DNA from: Betaproteobacteria bacterium
Lineage (GTDB): Bacteria > Pseudomonadota > Gammaproteobacteria > Burkholderiales > Usitatibacteraceae
Reading direction: 5' to 3'
Assembly: GCA_031394355.1 (NCBI GenBank)
Contig: JANNSU010000023.1
Location: forward strand, 6,548-70,547
Length of the DNA: 64,000 nucleotides
Part shown: piece after piece, positions 1 to 10,017 of the stretch
How positions within the stretch are numbered: position 1 is the first letter of the stretch
Layout: every line of letters starts with the position of its first letter
The notes under the pieces: generated by a model
Told to the model about the DNA's origin: nothing
The model's input: only the letters and a program-made list of their open reading frames with translations
The model's database searches: none
Position numbers and translations under genes: made by a program

Positions 1-73
1 TCGCAATAGCTACAACCTCCCAGTGCAAATCTGAGGGGATGTACAGGCACGGTTTCTCGGCTGCGTCGTCAAC

Positions 74-85
74 GCGAATATTCGC
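74..85. repeat. GCGAATATTCGC palindrome, exact
   Basis: Intergenic, downstream of the ble-like gene. Flanks C/A. Confidence 0.95.
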
Positions 86-166
86 AGATATCCCACCGGG
101 AAAATGCACGAAGTGGGTTCAGACTCCATTCATTGACACGCACGGCCAACACAGGATCCGCCGACG

Positions 167-532
167 CTAGGCGTCCCGCCATTCAAAGAACGTCATCAAA
201 TTCCCGTGCAAGTCCAGCACGTCGAACTCGCGCGATCCCCACGCCGTATCGCGCAGCGGCCCGTTGGGATGCAGGATGCCGTGGGGCTCGAGTTCGTCGA
301 ACAAGGCGTTGATGTTTTCCACCTGCACGCGGCAGCTGGTGTGTTCCGCCATGCGCCGGTCGTTGCAGTGCCAGAAGTGAATCTGAATGGCATCTCGCTG
401 CACGATGCCCCAGCTGCCGGCCTCGACGTGAATCATCTTGAAGCCCATTTTCTCTTCGTAGAAGCGCGCTGAAGCGGGAATGTCCAGCGAGGCCAAGACG
501 GGGACGGCAGTGGTGAGTCTGGCGGCGGACAT
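167..532 (-). CDS. Bleomycin-binding / glyoxalase (VOC superfamily) protein
   Basis: 121-aa ORF. N-terminus LTTAVPVLASLDI and overall size resemble Sh-ble/BLMA-type bleomycin resistance proteins. Confidence 0.7.
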   Translation of the reverse strand: MSAARLTTAVPVLASLDIPASARFYEEKMGFKMIHVEAGSWGIVQRDAIQIHFWHCNDRRMAEHTSCRVQVENINALFDELEPHGILHPNGPLRDTAWGSREFDVLDLHGNLMTFFEWRDA

Positions 533-584
533 AAGGATTCCTGGCGCTCGGGCTTAAGGTATGACGGACGGATGCGGTGAACCT

Positions 585-596
585 GCGAATATTCGC
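585..596. repeat. GCGAATATTCGC palindrome, exact (14-bp form TGCGAATATTCGCA)
   Basis: Intergenic, next to the oxidoreductase 3' remnant. Confidence 0.95.
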
Positions 597-597
597 A

Positions 598-690
598 TGG
601 CGCCGACATTCGGTCACCGGGCGGAGGTCTTCCAGCAAGGTCGGCAGCAGGTCGCTCGCTATCGGATCTGTCGGCAGAAATATTGGGGGA
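598..690 (-). pseudogene. Remnant of the 3' end of a pyridine nucleotide-disulfide oxidoreductase gene (duplicate of 3756..3845)
   Basis: Minus-strand translation ...SDLLPTLLEDLRPVTE matches the C-terminus ...SELLPTLLEDLRPVTD of the gene at 3756..4618. About 85 nt align between 581..690 and 3731..3840, including the adjacent palindrome. There is no upstream coding body. Confidence 0.5.
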
Positions 691-955
691 CAGCCCAGGA
701 ATGTTGCGGCCCTTCCCCGACGTGATTCGATGGATCCGATTCCTGCGTCGTATCTGGACCCGATTGCTTACAACAATATTTAAGTACCCGATCCCGTAAT
801 GCCGCCGCATAGCGAGCGACCAAATGCTCGTGCCGGAAGCTCAAAGCTGGTTGTGTGACCGCAAGCAAGTCTGCGGAAACATCACTGCTGCCCGCAGAGC
901 AAACCGCGCATTCAACCCGGCCCCGAGCCAACTTCAACCAAGGAGAGTATCCAAC

Positions 956-1423
956 ATGAAACGTACCCAGCTGGCAGTGCTCATTGCCGCCACCCTTTCC
1001 ACCACCTTTGCCTTTGCCGGCGAGTGCCCGGCAGACAAGCGCGTCCCTGACGGCCAGGGCCAGAAGATGGTCACGACCGGCCCGAAGGACGTCACAGACA
1101 CCGTTGTCGCAACCACCGATCTTGGCAAAGAGAAAGTGGCGCTGAAGGATCACATGTTCCGCGCACGCAAACTCGTGATCCAGCCCGACGGCGTGGTGCC
1201 ATGGCATAGCCACGACGAGCGTCCGGCGATGATCTATATCTCCAAAGGCACCATTACCGAGTACGCAAGCAACTGCGCAGTGCCGATCGTGCATGCGGCA
1301 GGCGCCGTCGCACGCGAAGCCAAAGGCACCTCGCACTGGTGGAAGAACACCGGCAAAGAGACGGTCGAAATCATTTCGGTGGACATCCTTCCGCCGCAGA
1401 TGAAGACCGACAAGACGATGTAA
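956..1423 (+). CDS. Secreted cupin-domain protein
   Basis: Internal ATG of ORF 824..1423, preceded by AGGAGA. MKRTQLAVLIAATLSTTFAFA is a signal peptide. Body has a cupin-like motif (VPWHSHDERPAMIYISKG). Confidence 0.65.
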   Translation: MKRTQLAVLIAATLSTTFAFAGECPADKRVPDGQGQKMVTTGPKDVTDTVVATTDLGKEKVALKDHMFRARKLVIQPDGVVPWHSHDERPAMIYISKGTITEYASNCAVPIVHAAGAVAREAKGTSHWWKNTGKETVEIISVDILPPQMKTDKTM

Positions 1424-1435
1424 TCGGAGTCCATC

Positions 1436-2596
1436 GTGCGCAATCTCCTGATCGGTCTGGTCGCATTTCTGACACTGGTGGATCTGTTCGCGACGCAGGC
1501 GATTCTGCCTGCGCTTGCGAGCCAGTACGGCGTGCGGCCGGCCGCAATGGGCCTGGCGGTCAACGCGAGCACGCTGGGCATGGCCATCGGCGCGCTTGCG
1601 GTGGCCTACTTCAGCCGGCAGATCGACCGCCGGCTGGGGATTGCGCTCGCACTCGGCGTCCTGACCGTGCCCACGGCGCTGCTTGCTGGAGCACCCGATC
1701 TGACCACGTTCGCGGCCCTGCGCGTTTTGCAGGGGCTGTGCATGGCGACTGCGTTTGCCCTGACACTTTCGTACCTTGCCGAGCAGTGCAGCATGGCCGA
1801 CTCGGCGGGCGCTTTCGCAGCCTACATCGCGGGCAATGTGGCGAGCAACCTGTTTGGCAGGCTCATGGCGGCCGCACTGGTTGACCACCTGGGCATCGCC
1901 GCAAATTTCTTGACCTTTGCCGGCCTGAATCTTGCCGGGGCAGTGATGGTGTGGTTCTGGCTTGGCCGTGCGGCCCCCGCACCCATGCCCGACTCGGCCA
2001 AAGGTCCCCTGGCGGTATGGCGTGATCACCTTGGCAACAAGGCGCTGCGAGCGAGTTTCGCCATTGGCTTTCTGATCCTGTTTGCGTTCATCGGCACCTT
2101 CACATTTGTGAACTTCGTACTGGTGCGTGCGCCGTTGTCACTCGGAATGATGGCAATCGGCTTTGTTTACTTCGTGTTCCTTCCGGCGATGTTGCTGACA
2201 CCGCTGGCGGGCAAGGTTGCGGCCCGCCTGGGCACGCGCATGACGTTCTGGCTGGCCATCGCCGTTGCTCTGGCCGGGCTGCCGCTACTGCTGTTGCCAA
2301 GTCTGGCGGCGGTGCTCACGGGTCTGGTGCTGGTTGGCGCGGGAACATTTTTTGCGCAAGCCACAACGACCGGCTTCGTCGGGCGCGCGGCGCAATCCGA
2401 CCGGGGGGCGGCAAGCGGACTCTATCTGGCCAGCTACTTCACAGGCGGCTTGATCGGCACCGCCGTGCTGGGGGCGTTGTTCGAGCGCGTTGGTTGGGGG
2501 GCGTGCGTGGCCGGAATCGGCGTCGCGCTTGTGCTGGCCGCCCTGCTGGCGTCGCGTCTGACGCTGCCCGCTCCTGCCATGGCGGTGCAGGCATGA
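1436..2596 (+). CDS. MFS transporter
   Basis: 386 aa with about 12 hydrophobic segments. GTG start with GGAG 7 nt upstream. Typical MFS N-terminus (LVDLFATQAILPALA). Confidence 0.8.
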   Translation: MRNLLIGLVAFLTLVDLFATQAILPALASQYGVRPAAMGLAVNASTLGMAIGALAVAYFSRQIDRRLGIALALGVLTVPTALLAGAPDLTTFAALRVLQGLCMATAFALTLSYLAEQCSMADSAGAFAAYIAGNVASNLFGRLMAAALVDHLGIAANFLTFAGLNLAGAVMVWFWLGRAAPAPMPDSAKGPLAVWRDHLGNKALRASFAIGFLILFAFIGTFTFVNFVLVRAPLSLGMMAIGFVYFVFLPAMLLTPLAGKVAARLGTRMTFWLAIAVALAGLPLLLLPSLAAVLTGLVLVGAGTFFAQATTTGFVGRAAQSDRGAASGLYLASYFTGGLIGTAVLGALFERVGWGACVAGIGVALVLAALLASRLTLPAPAMAVQA

Positions 2597-2943
2597 CACG
2601 CGAACTTGTCGAAGGTGCCGCCCTGGTGGTCGAGCTGGCTGGCGTGTTGCTGATCGTCGGCGGGTTGGTCCTGGCCACGGTTCGCGCGGCACGGGTGCCG
2701 GCGGGCCAGCGCTATCTGCGTTACCGGCACGATCTGGGTCGCGCGATTCTGCTTGGCCTGGAGGTGCTGGTCGCCGCCGACATCATCCGTACAGTGGCCT
2801 TCACGCCCACCATGGACAGTGTCGCAGTGCTGGCGGTGATCGTGGTAATCCGGACCTTTCTCAGCTGGAGTCTGGCGCTCGAGCTCGACGGCCGCTGGCC
2901 CTGGCAGCAAGACGCGGCGCGAGGAACTCCAAGTGCGCAGTAG
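2593..2943 (+). CDS. Small membrane protein (DUF1622-like)
   Basis: ATG overlaps the MFS stop codon (ATGA). Sequence MTRELVEGAALVVELAGVLLIVGG... EVLVAADIIRTV resembles the DUF1622 family. Confidence 0.6.
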   Translation: MTRELVEGAALVVELAGVLLIVGGLVLATVRAARVPAGQRYLRYRHDLGRAILLGLEVLVAADIIRTVAFTPTMDSVAVLAVIVVIRTFLSWSLALELDGRWPWQQDAARGTPSAQ

Positions 2944-3110
2944 GGCCATTGAAACTCATCCACTTCATGCGCCGGATCAGCGCCGCAGGAAAAGCTGCAG
3001 ATGCCTGTGAACTTGACCCTGGCGAATGCTGTGTCGCCACACCAACAGCCCGCTGTCGCAGGCGGGCATTTTTCTTGAAGATCGCCAACCAAAGATATAG
3101 GAGCATTCAA

Positions 3111-3575
3111 ATGAAATACTTAGCAAGAACACTACTCGCCGCAACGCTGGTCGTGGCATCCCAGGTCGCGTCCGCAGCCGATGACGGCGTGGTCAAGGTG
3201 AAGAGCGCCTACTCGATGCAGGAAACCATCCAGCGCTTGAAGCAGGATGTGGCCGCAAAGGGTATTCGCTTCTTTGATGAAATCGACCAGTCCAAGCTGG
3301 CTTCCGATGCCGGCGTACGTATCCGGCCCTCGACACTGCTGGTGTTCGGCAATCCGGGCCTGGGGACACAATTCATCGCGGCCCGCCCCGAGGCAGGGCT
3401 GGACTGGCCCGTTCGCCTGCTGGTGCAGCAGGATGAAAAGGGTGGCGTGTGGGCGATCTACACCGACTTTGGCTGGATCGCCAAGCGTCACGGGGTGTCG
3501 GGCGAAGCGGCCAAACCCTTCCAGACCGCATCCGGGGTGATTGCCTCGATCACGTCTGCGGTGGGCGCAAAGTAA
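3111..3575 (+). CDS. Secreted DUF302-domain protein
   Basis: Internal ATG after GGAG. Signal peptide MKYLARTLLAATLVVASQVASA. Body (ETIQRLKQDVAAKGIRFFDEID ... LLVFGNPGLGT) is DUF302-like. Confidence 0.7.
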   Translation: MKYLARTLLAATLVVASQVASAADDGVVKVKSAYSMQETIQRLKQDVAAKGIRFFDEIDQSKLASDAGVRIRPSTLLVFGNPGLGTQFIAARPEAGLDWPVRLLVQQDEKGGVWAIYTDFGWIAKRHGVSGEAAKPFQTASGVIASITSAVGAK

Positions 3576-3734
3576 GCGTTACCGGGAGCCAGGATTGCAG
3601 CGGTGCCCATGGCACGTCCTGGCTCCGCTGCACCGCCTTTGTCGGCGGGGAAGGTCCAGGGGCAAGTCGGGTCAGGCCTTGCGATGTAACAATCGAGAAG
3701 CCCTCTGATCGACACTGATCCAGGTCGTCATTCT

Positions 3735-3746
3735 GCGAATATTCGC
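3735..3746. repeat. GCGAATATTCGC palindrome, exact (14-bp form)
   Basis: Intergenic, 10 nt beyond the stop of the oxidoreductase pseudogene. Confidence 0.95.
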
Positions 3747-3755
3747 AGGGGTCGG

Positions 3756-4618
3756 TCAGTCGGTCACCGGCCGGAGATCTTCCAGCAAGGTTGGCAGCAG
3801 TTCGCTCACGGTCGGGTGTATCGGCATGGCGTGCTGCAGGTGCGTATACGGCAGGTCTGCATACATCACCTGCAGAATGGACTGCACCACTTCGTCGCCT
3901 GACAGGCCGAGAATGGCGGCGCCGAGGATGCGCTTCGTTTCGGCATCCACGATGACTTTCATGAAGCCCTGCGTTTCGCCCGCCTCCCGCGCGCGGCCCA
4001 CGCGGGACATTGGCCGCTTGGCCATCAGCAGTGGTCGGCCGGTGGCGCGCGCTTCCTTGAGTGTCATGCCGCAGCGACCCAGCGGCGGATCGGTGAAGAG
4101 TGCGTAGGTGGAGATGCGGTCGGTGACGCGGCGCTGCCCGCTGTCGAACAGATTCGCCGCCACGATCTCGTAGTCGTTCCAGGCCGTGTGCGTGAAGGCA
4201 CCGCGTCCGTTGACGTCGCCCAGCGCCCACACACCCGGTACGCTGGTCTCCAGCTCTTCATTCACGGTGATGTAGCCGCGCGCGTCGCAGGTGATGCCTG
4301 CAGCGTCCAGGCCCAATCCGTCGGTATTGGGTTGCCGGCCCGCGGCGATCAGCACATGCGTGCCTTCAACCTGTGGCGCGCTCTGGTCGCAGGAGAGCCC
4401 CAGTGCGACGCGTGTCCCGCGTTGTTCCACGGCGAGGCAGGTGGCATCGGTGCGCACGGTGACGCCTTCGCGCTCCAGAATGGCGCGGACCTCGTCGCTC
4501 ATGTCCTCATCCTCGCGGCCGATGAGACGCGGGCTCATTTCGCAGACCGTCACCTCGCTGCCATCGCGGGGCCGGCCTGGCCTGCACCGATTACGATGAC
4601 ATCGAATGAGTCGCTCAT
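3756..4618 (-). pseudogene. Pyridine nucleotide-disulfide oxidoreductase (mercuric reductase / dihydrolipoamide dehydrogenase family), internally deleted and frameshifted
   Basis: The N-terminal 22 aa (MSDSFDVIVIGAGQAGPAMAAR, FAD GxGxxG motif) are in one frame. The C-terminal ~270 aa (GSEVTV..REDEDMSDEVRAILEREGV ... HPTVSELLPTLLEDLRPVTD) are in another. The redox-active CxxxxC region and about 160-190 aa expected between them are absent. Confidence 0.7.
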
Positions 4619-4889
4619 GCTGCCTCCGCATTGGCGCGGGTGTCTGGCGGGTGTCTGGCGGGTGTCCGGATCGTGCCAGTACACGGTTGCACCGTTGGGC
4701 CGCCCCATCTGAAGCCAGCTTACAGTGTGCAGGCGGGTTGGTCTGTGCGGCGCCGCAAGGCTTTTCCTCCCATGCCGCCGTGATGTCAACCGCGCGCCAG
4801 AGACATCATTTGACCCGCGCTGTCAGGAAAGCCTCGCTGCGCCGTCACACCCACACTCTTCCAACTCCTTCCAACAAAAGGCCGATGCC

Positions 4890-6029
4890 ATGTCCAAAGC
4901 GCCGCAGCGCCCATCCCGCTCTAGCCACAACGTCAAGCCCAATCAGATACCGGGCCAAACAGTTCTCGTTTTGCAAGGCGGAGGTGCCTTGGGGGCATTC
5001 CAGGTGGGAGCGTATGAAGCTCTGCATGCTGCGGGTCTCAAACTGGACTGGGTCATCGGCACATCGATCGGTGCCATCAATGGCGCGATCATCTGCGGCA
5101 ACCCCCCGGAACAACGTCTGGAGCGCCTCCATGCGTTCTGGCACGGGGTACAGCAGCATCCCGCGACGGGTGCAGCGCCGATGCTGTCTGCATTCAGTCA
5201 AAGCATGGCCAACCTCACGACCGTCTTGCGCGGGGTGCCGACCTTCTTCAAACCGAATTCCCATTCTCTCCTCGGCACCCAGGCCAAGGTCGGCATCGAG
5301 AAGGCGGCGTGGTACACGACGGCACCCTTGCGCGCCACGCTTGAGAACCTCGTGGACCTGGACTACCTCAATGCCGGACATATCCGCTTCACCTTGGGCG
5401 CGGTCAACGCCCGCACCGGCGAGATGCGCTATTTCGACAGTCGCGAGGAGCGAATCGAGCTGGACCACATCATGGCCTCGGGGGCCTTGCCACCGGCGTT
5501 TCCCGCTGTGCGCATCGATGGCGAGCCCTACTGGGATGGCGGCATTTTTTCCAATACGCCCATCGAGGCCGTGCTTGACGACAAGCCACGCCGCGATTCG
5601 GTCATCTTTGCCATCAACCTGTGGAATCCGGCCGGGCCGGAGCCCAGCTCGTTGTGGGAGGTCATGGGGCGCGAAAAGGACATCCAGTATTCCAGCCGTG
5701 CTGCCAGCCACATCGTGCGTCAGCAACAGATCCACCACCTGCGCCACATCATCCGTGAGCTCACCAAACACGTGCCGGTCAAGGCGGCGCGCACGGCGGA
5801 AGTCAAGGAGCTGCAATCGTGGGGTTGCGGCACGGTCATGCAGGTCGTGCCCCTCATCGCGTCGCCGCGCGAGGGAGAGGACCAGTTGAAGGACATCGAC
5901 TTCACGCCGCTCGGCATCCAGACTCGTCGGGAGGCCGGCTTCGCGGAAGCCTCACGCGTGATCGCCGCCGCACCGTGGACGCGGCCGGTTGACGAGATGC
6001 AGGGCGTGATCGTTCACGACAACCTGTGA
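4890..6029 (+). CDS. Patatin-like phospholipase
   Basis: LVLQGGGALGAFQVG oxyanion motif and GTSIGAING serine motif. Start taken at internal MSKAPQ. Confidence 0.85.
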   Translation: MSKAPQRPSRSSHNVKPNQIPGQTVLVLQGGGALGAFQVGAYEALHAAGLKLDWVIGTSIGAINGAIICGNPPEQRLERLHAFWHGVQQHPATGAAPMLSAFSQSMANLTTVLRGVPTFFKPNSHSLLGTQAKVGIEKAAWYTTAPLRATLENLVDLDYLNAGHIRFTLGAVNARTGEMRYFDSREERIELDHIMASGALPPAFPAVRIDGEPYWDGGIFSNTPIEAVLDDKPRRDSVIFAINLWNPAGPEPSSLWEVMGREKDIQYSSRAASHIVRQQQIHHLRHIIRELTKHVPVKAARTAEVKELQSWGCGTVMQVVPLIASPREGEDQLKDIDFTPLGIQTRREAGFAEASRVIAAAPWTRPVDEMQGVIVHDNL

Positions 6030-6094
6030 GCCGACTGCCTGACAAGACAACCTGAACGTCGGCAGCTACCCACAAGCCGGAGGACTGATCTGCC

Positions 6095-6106
6095 GCGAAT
6101 ATTCGC
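6095..6106. repeat. GCGAATATTCGC palindrome, exact
   Basis: Intergenic, between the patatin stop and the next gene. Confidence 0.95.
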
Positions 6107-6241
6107 ATTCGGGCGGGCTCCCCCAAACAGTTCACGACGATTCCTTCTCGCCCTGTACCCTCGATGCCTGGTTGCGCATCGCGACGCTGCGTTGCGCGCT
6201 AGACTGCGCAATCCACACGCTGGACCAACAAGGACTCAGTC

Positions 6242-6748
6242 ATGAAACGTGCACCGCTGCTTCTTGCCCTGGGTATTGCCTTCACGCCACTTTCTCATGC
6301 GCAGGACACCGCCAAGTCGATAGCCAAAGACGTCATGACCGCCAAGCGCATGCCGCCTTTGTCCATCGAGGCGCTGTGTGCGCGCCTGACTGTGGAGGAA
6401 GTCGCGGCTGTAGTCGGTGCGCATTTTCAGCGCAAGGTGGAGGAAGGCAAGCTGTACCAGGGTTGCGCCTACGCCGACAGCAAGGAGAAAGGCAAGCTGG
6501 GAATTCGCTACTTCAGGCTGGTGAATTCCCATCTCGGCGAAGCCGGCTTTCGCCGTCTCATTGAGAAAGACGCCAAAGGGAAAGTGGTGACGCGTGACGG
6601 CATGCTGGTCAGCCACGATCGCAAGGACCGGTTTCGCAATGACACCATCTGGTTCAAGGATGGCCAGGGCCGCGCGCTGGAACTCATCGTCAACTCGGGC
6701 GTGAGCGAGGATCAGGCCGTGGCGCTGGCCAAGGCGGCGTTGAACTGA
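6242..6748 (+). CDS. Hypothetical secreted protein
   Basis: 168 aa with signal peptide MKRAPLLLALGIAFTPLSHA. No family recognised. Confidence 0.55.
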   Translation: MKRAPLLLALGIAFTPLSHAQDTAKSIAKDVMTAKRMPPLSIEALCARLTVEEVAAVVGAHFQRKVEEGKLYQGCAYADSKEKGKLGIRYFRLVNSHLGEAGFRRLIEKDAKGKVVTRDGMLVSHDRKDRFRNDTIWFKDGQGRALELIVNSGVSEDQAVALAKAALN

Positions 6749-6885
6749 TTGAGTCGCAACAGGCGGGTGAGGCGCCGCGACGTCGCACGCCATGCCCGTC
6801 ATTCTGCAATCCATCGCCTGTTGATTGTGAATCCATGGGGCGTTCGCTACGCTGCCTCTTCGCGCCGGAACCAGAGGACACGCTC

Positions 6886-8244
6886 ATGCATGCACGACAA
6901 TTCGTCACACTCGCATTGCCGCTCTTCATTGCCAGCCATGCTTGGGCAGACTCGGCGACAACCGCGCAAAATCACCAATCCGACATCAAACAGTTTCGAG
7001 CGCAATTTCTGGAGAAGGATCGGTCCTTCAGCCCGGCTGCGCGAAGTGCTGCCGAGGCCCGTCTCGCGGCGCTGGAAAAGACCGTGGCGGAGATTGGTCC
7101 GGTGCAGTTCGAGCTGGCGCTGGCGCAGATCGCCGCGCTGGCCGACAACGGGCATTCCGGCGCATTTGCGGCATCGAGATCGCGTCGGCATGAGCGTGTT
7201 GACATGCGGCTGGTGCCGTTTGGCGACGCCTTTCATGTGTTGCGCGTGAAGGCGGAGAACGAAGATCTGCTGGGCGCTCGGCTGGTGGCCATCGACGGTG
7301 TGCCGATGGAAAAGCTGCGTGAACTGGGCCGATCATTGACTGGTGGCGTGCCCACATGGCGCGACCGCAGCACAGCATACTTTCTGGAGAGCCCGGCACA
7401 GTTGCGTGCGCTGGGTGTGGGCAAGACAGATACGTCGCCGGCGTACGTGTTCGTTACCCGCGACGGGCGCACGCTGACGCGGAGCTTCACGGTATCGCCC
7501 GTTGGGGCTGATCGCGTAGGGGGCAACGCCACACGCTGGATGTTTCCGGTGTTGGCACCGTTGGAGGACCGCGCCTGGCGCACGCTGATTACGGCTGAAC
7601 AAGCGCCGTGGGCGCTGCAGGAGCCGATACGGCGATTCCGCTTGCGCCACGACGAGTCGCTGAACACGCTGATCATCGACATGCGCCAGACCAGCAATAC
7701 CCAGACTGAGAAGCTGCGCGACTTCTTTGCCGAGGTGGACAAGGCCGTCGAGACCCATGCACCCCGCCATCTTGTCCTCGACCTGCGTCTCAACGGCGGC
7801 GGCGATCTGACCACGACACGCGACTTCGCAGAGCGACTGCCCGCCCTCGTGAAAGGGCGAATATTCGCATTGACCAGCCCCTGGACATTCTCCGCAGCCA
7901 TTTCCACCCTGGGTTATCTCAAGCAGGCAGCACCCGAGCACGTGACCATCGTGGGCGAGCCGGTGGGCGACCGCTTGAATTTCTTTGCCGAGGGCAGAGC
8001 CGTGACGCTTACGCATTCAAAGGAAACGCTGCTTCATGCCACCGAGCGGCATGACTATCAGACCGGCTGTCGTCCCTTCGACGATTGCCATCGCCCTGTC
8101 GTAACGCGTCCGATCGTGGTGAAGACGCTCGATCCGGACATCGCAGCGCCGTGGACTATCGATGATTACGTCGCGGCACGTGATCCGGCCATGCAGGCGG
8201 TGGCGGCGGAAATTGCAAAGGGCGTACCAAAGCGTGCGGGCTGA
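6886..8244 (+). CDS. Secreted peptidase S41-like protein
   Basis: Signal peptide MHARQFVTLALPLFIASHAWA. DLRLNGGGD and TSPWTFSAA motifs resemble S41 tail-specific proteases. Contains one palindrome copy read as RIFA. Confidence 0.6.
   Translation: MHARQFVTLALPLFIASHAWADSATTAQNHQSDIKQFRAQFLEKDRSFSPAARSAAEARLAALEKTVAEIGPVQFELALAQIAALADNGHSGAFAASRSRRHERVDMRLVPFGDAFHVLRVKAENEDLLGARLVAIDGVPMEKLRELGRSLTGGVPTWRDRSTAYFLESPAQLRALGVGKTDTSPAYVFVTRDGRTLTRSFTVSPVGADRVGGNATRWMFPVLAPLEDRAWRTLITAEQAPWALQEPIRRFRLRHDESLNTLIIDMRQTSNTQTEKLRDFFAEVDKAVETHAPRHLVLDLRLNGGGDLTTTRDFAERLPALVKGRIFALTSPWTFSAAISTLGYLKQAAPEHVTIVGEPVGDRLNFFAEGRAVTLTHSKETLLHATERHDYQTGCRPFDDCHRPVVTRPIVVKTLDPDIAAPWTIDDYVAARDPAMQAVAAEIAKGVPKRAG
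7857..7868. repeat. GCGAATATTCGC palindrome, exact, inside a CDS
   Basis: In the S41-like CDS, read as R-I-F-A. Confidence 0.95.
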
Positions 8245-8276
8245 GAGACGGCACCCGGATATCGCCGCCGCATGAT

Positions 8277-8288
8277 GCGAATATTCAC
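8277..8288. repeat. Palindrome variant GCGAATATTCAC (11/12)
   Basis: Between convergent stops at 8244 and 8308. Confidence 0.7.
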
Positions 8289-8307
8289 GGTGCCCGTCAG
8301 GCAGGCC

Positions 8308-9162
8308 TCAACTGCCTGACACCATCCGCATTTTCCGCGCTTGTTCCTCAAGCTGAATATCCTCGATCTCGCGCAGGACATCGTCCATGTCCACTGCTTT
8401 TTCCTCGCGCACGAATTGGCCGGTGAGCACGCTGTCCGGCGTGAGGGTGCCTGCACGAAAGCGCGCCCAGATCTCTTCGGCATACCTTGTCTCAAGCAAT
8501 GACGGCGCATATTGACCGAGGTAGTTTTTCAGATTGGTCACGTCACGCGTGAGCATGGCTTCCGCATGGTTGTTGCCTGCGGCATCCACCGCCTGCGGCA
8601 GGTCGATGATCACCGGACCGTCGGCACTCATGAGGATGTTGAATTCGGACAGGTCACCGTGGATGACACCGGCGCAGAGCATGCGCACCACCTCGTGGAT
8701 GAGCTGATCGTGCGTGGCGATGGCGAGCTCCGGGCTGAACTCGACATCGTTCAATCGCGGTGCGGCGTTGCCGTCGGCGCCGGTCACCAGCTCCATCAGC
8801 AAGACACCTTCGTGGAAGTTGTACGGCTTCGGTACCCGCACGCCAGCGGCGGCGAGCCGATAGAGCGCATCGACCTCGGCGCTCTGCCACGCGGCTTCCA
8901 TGGACTCCCGGCCGAACTTCGTGCCCTTGGCCATGGCGCGGGCCTGACGCGAATTCTTGGTCTTGCGATTCTCGGTGTAATCCACCGCCTGGCGAAAAGC
9001 GCGCTTGTTGGCCTCCTTGTAGACCTTGGCGCAACGCGCAGGCTCGCCATCCCCCATGCTGACGACAAACACCATGGCCTCTTTCCCGCTCATGAGCTGG
9101 CGCACGACGCCGCTGATGAGACCGTCTTCCAGCAGGGGTTCCAGGCGCTTGGGGGTTTTCAT
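8308..9162 (-). CDS. RIO1-like atypical protein kinase (PA4780 family)
   Basis: LMSGKEAMVFVV ... VYKE ... VIHGDLSEFNIL ... IIDLPQAVD are RIO kinase motifs. Start taken at internal MKTPKRLEPL. Confidence 0.8.
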   Translation of the reverse strand: MKTPKRLEPLLEDGLISGVVRQLMSGKEAMVFVVSMGDGEPARCAKVYKEANKRAFRQAVDYTENRKTKNSRQARAMAKGTKFGRESMEAAWQSAEVDALYRLAAAGVRVPKPYNFHEGVLLMELVTGADGNAAPRLNDVEFSPELAIATHDQLIHEVVRMLCAGVIHGDLSEFNILMSADGPVIIDLPQAVDAAGNNHAEAMLTRDVTNLKNYLGQYAPSLLETRYAEEIWARFRAGTLTPDSVLTGQFVREEKAVDMDDVLREIEDIQLEEQARKMRMVSGS

Positions 9163-9441
9163 GGCGATAGTGTAGACCGGCGAGGGTGCAAAAGTGTGCA
9201 ACGCGGTCCGGGCGATTGACGCTGGCTTCACGGGGTCGCTGGGTCGTGCGTGGCATCGCGCACGCAGTGATTCGGTATCATGCCGCGTTTCGTGGCTAAC
9301 GAACCCTTCACCGGGGAGCGCGCCCGGGACGAGACTTTCCAGGGCGTGTTTCTGGCGATCACCACTGCAGGAGACCCGTTCTACTTCCTCATTTCGACCG
9401 GCCCGATTGCGTCCAGAGGGCCGGCCATCGCGGCAGGCGGG

Positions 9442-9798
9442 TCAGCGATTCGTGCAGGTCCAGGTGCGGACGTAGCAGCTCTTGCCGCCGTACTGACGGC
9501 AAAAGCCCATGGCGGCGTTCTCGGCCGCTGCACGGTTCGGCGCGCGCGCCACGCCATAGGCGCCGGAATTTCTGTCCATCGAGTACGCGCCACAACCCCT
9601 GTCGAACGTGAGGATGACCTTGCACCCTGCGCCACACTCGGCCAGTGCGCGGTTGGATGCGCCCTGAATGTTGTCGAAGCTGTGGGAGAACCCCACGCGG
9701 GTGCCCTGGCCCTTGGCGATGGCACCGGCGGCAAGGCTTGCGAAACTGGCCACGAGCAGCGTGCTGGCCAGGATGAGTTGTGCAGGCAGTGTATTCAT
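9442..9798 (-). CDS. Secreted DUF4189-domain protein
   Basis: Signal peptide MNTLPAQLILASTLLVASFASLAAG. Cys-rich body (ALAECGAGCKVILTFDRGCGAY ... CRQYGGKSCYVRTWTC) is typical of DUF4189. Confidence 0.65.
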   Translation of the reverse strand: MNTLPAQLILASTLLVASFASLAAGAIAKGQGTRVGFSHSFDNIQGASNRALAECGAGCKVILTFDRGCGAYSMDRNSGAYGVARAPNRAAAENAAMGFCRQYGGKSCYVRTWTCTNR

Positions 9799-10017
9799 TG
9801 GATTCCCCAAAGTGACTGATGTGTTGTGGTTTGCGTTGGCCCCAGGCGCGTGCTGTCGGACGTGACACAGGATGAATGGTAGCAAACAGTGATCCGTTCT
9901 TGGGCAGCCAGGCGGATGGGGTCAGAATCGCCAGGACGCCGCCCCGACCCCACGCCGCAGTGAGTGTCAGCCAGCAAAATATTCATGTCCGGGCCCTTTT
10001 CATCGCCAGCCCTTTCC

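Noticed and set aside
659-2029. Long antisense ORFs. Examples: 659..2029, 13038..14249, 17014..17958, 31775..33082, 37768..39612, 45488..46546, 46703..47782, 50400..51647, 58511..59794 and 60648..62513.
   Set aside because: They lie opposite well-supported genes. Their products are Arg/Gly/His/Pro-rich and of low complexity with no recognisable motifs. They are typical shadow ORFs of high-GC DNA.
3584-3626. GGGAGCCAGGA...TCCTGGCTCC hairpin after the DUF302 gene as a terminator.
   Set aside because: It has a long 22-nt loop and no U-tract, so it cannot be supported as an intrinsic terminator from sequence alone.
9163-9441. The 279-bp non-coding stretch between the RIO kinase and DUF4189 genes as a riboswitch or sRNA.
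   Set aside because: I could not match it to any riboswitch, 6S, SRP, tmRNA or RNase P consensus that I know. Only a weak GC stem at 9398..9424 is visible.
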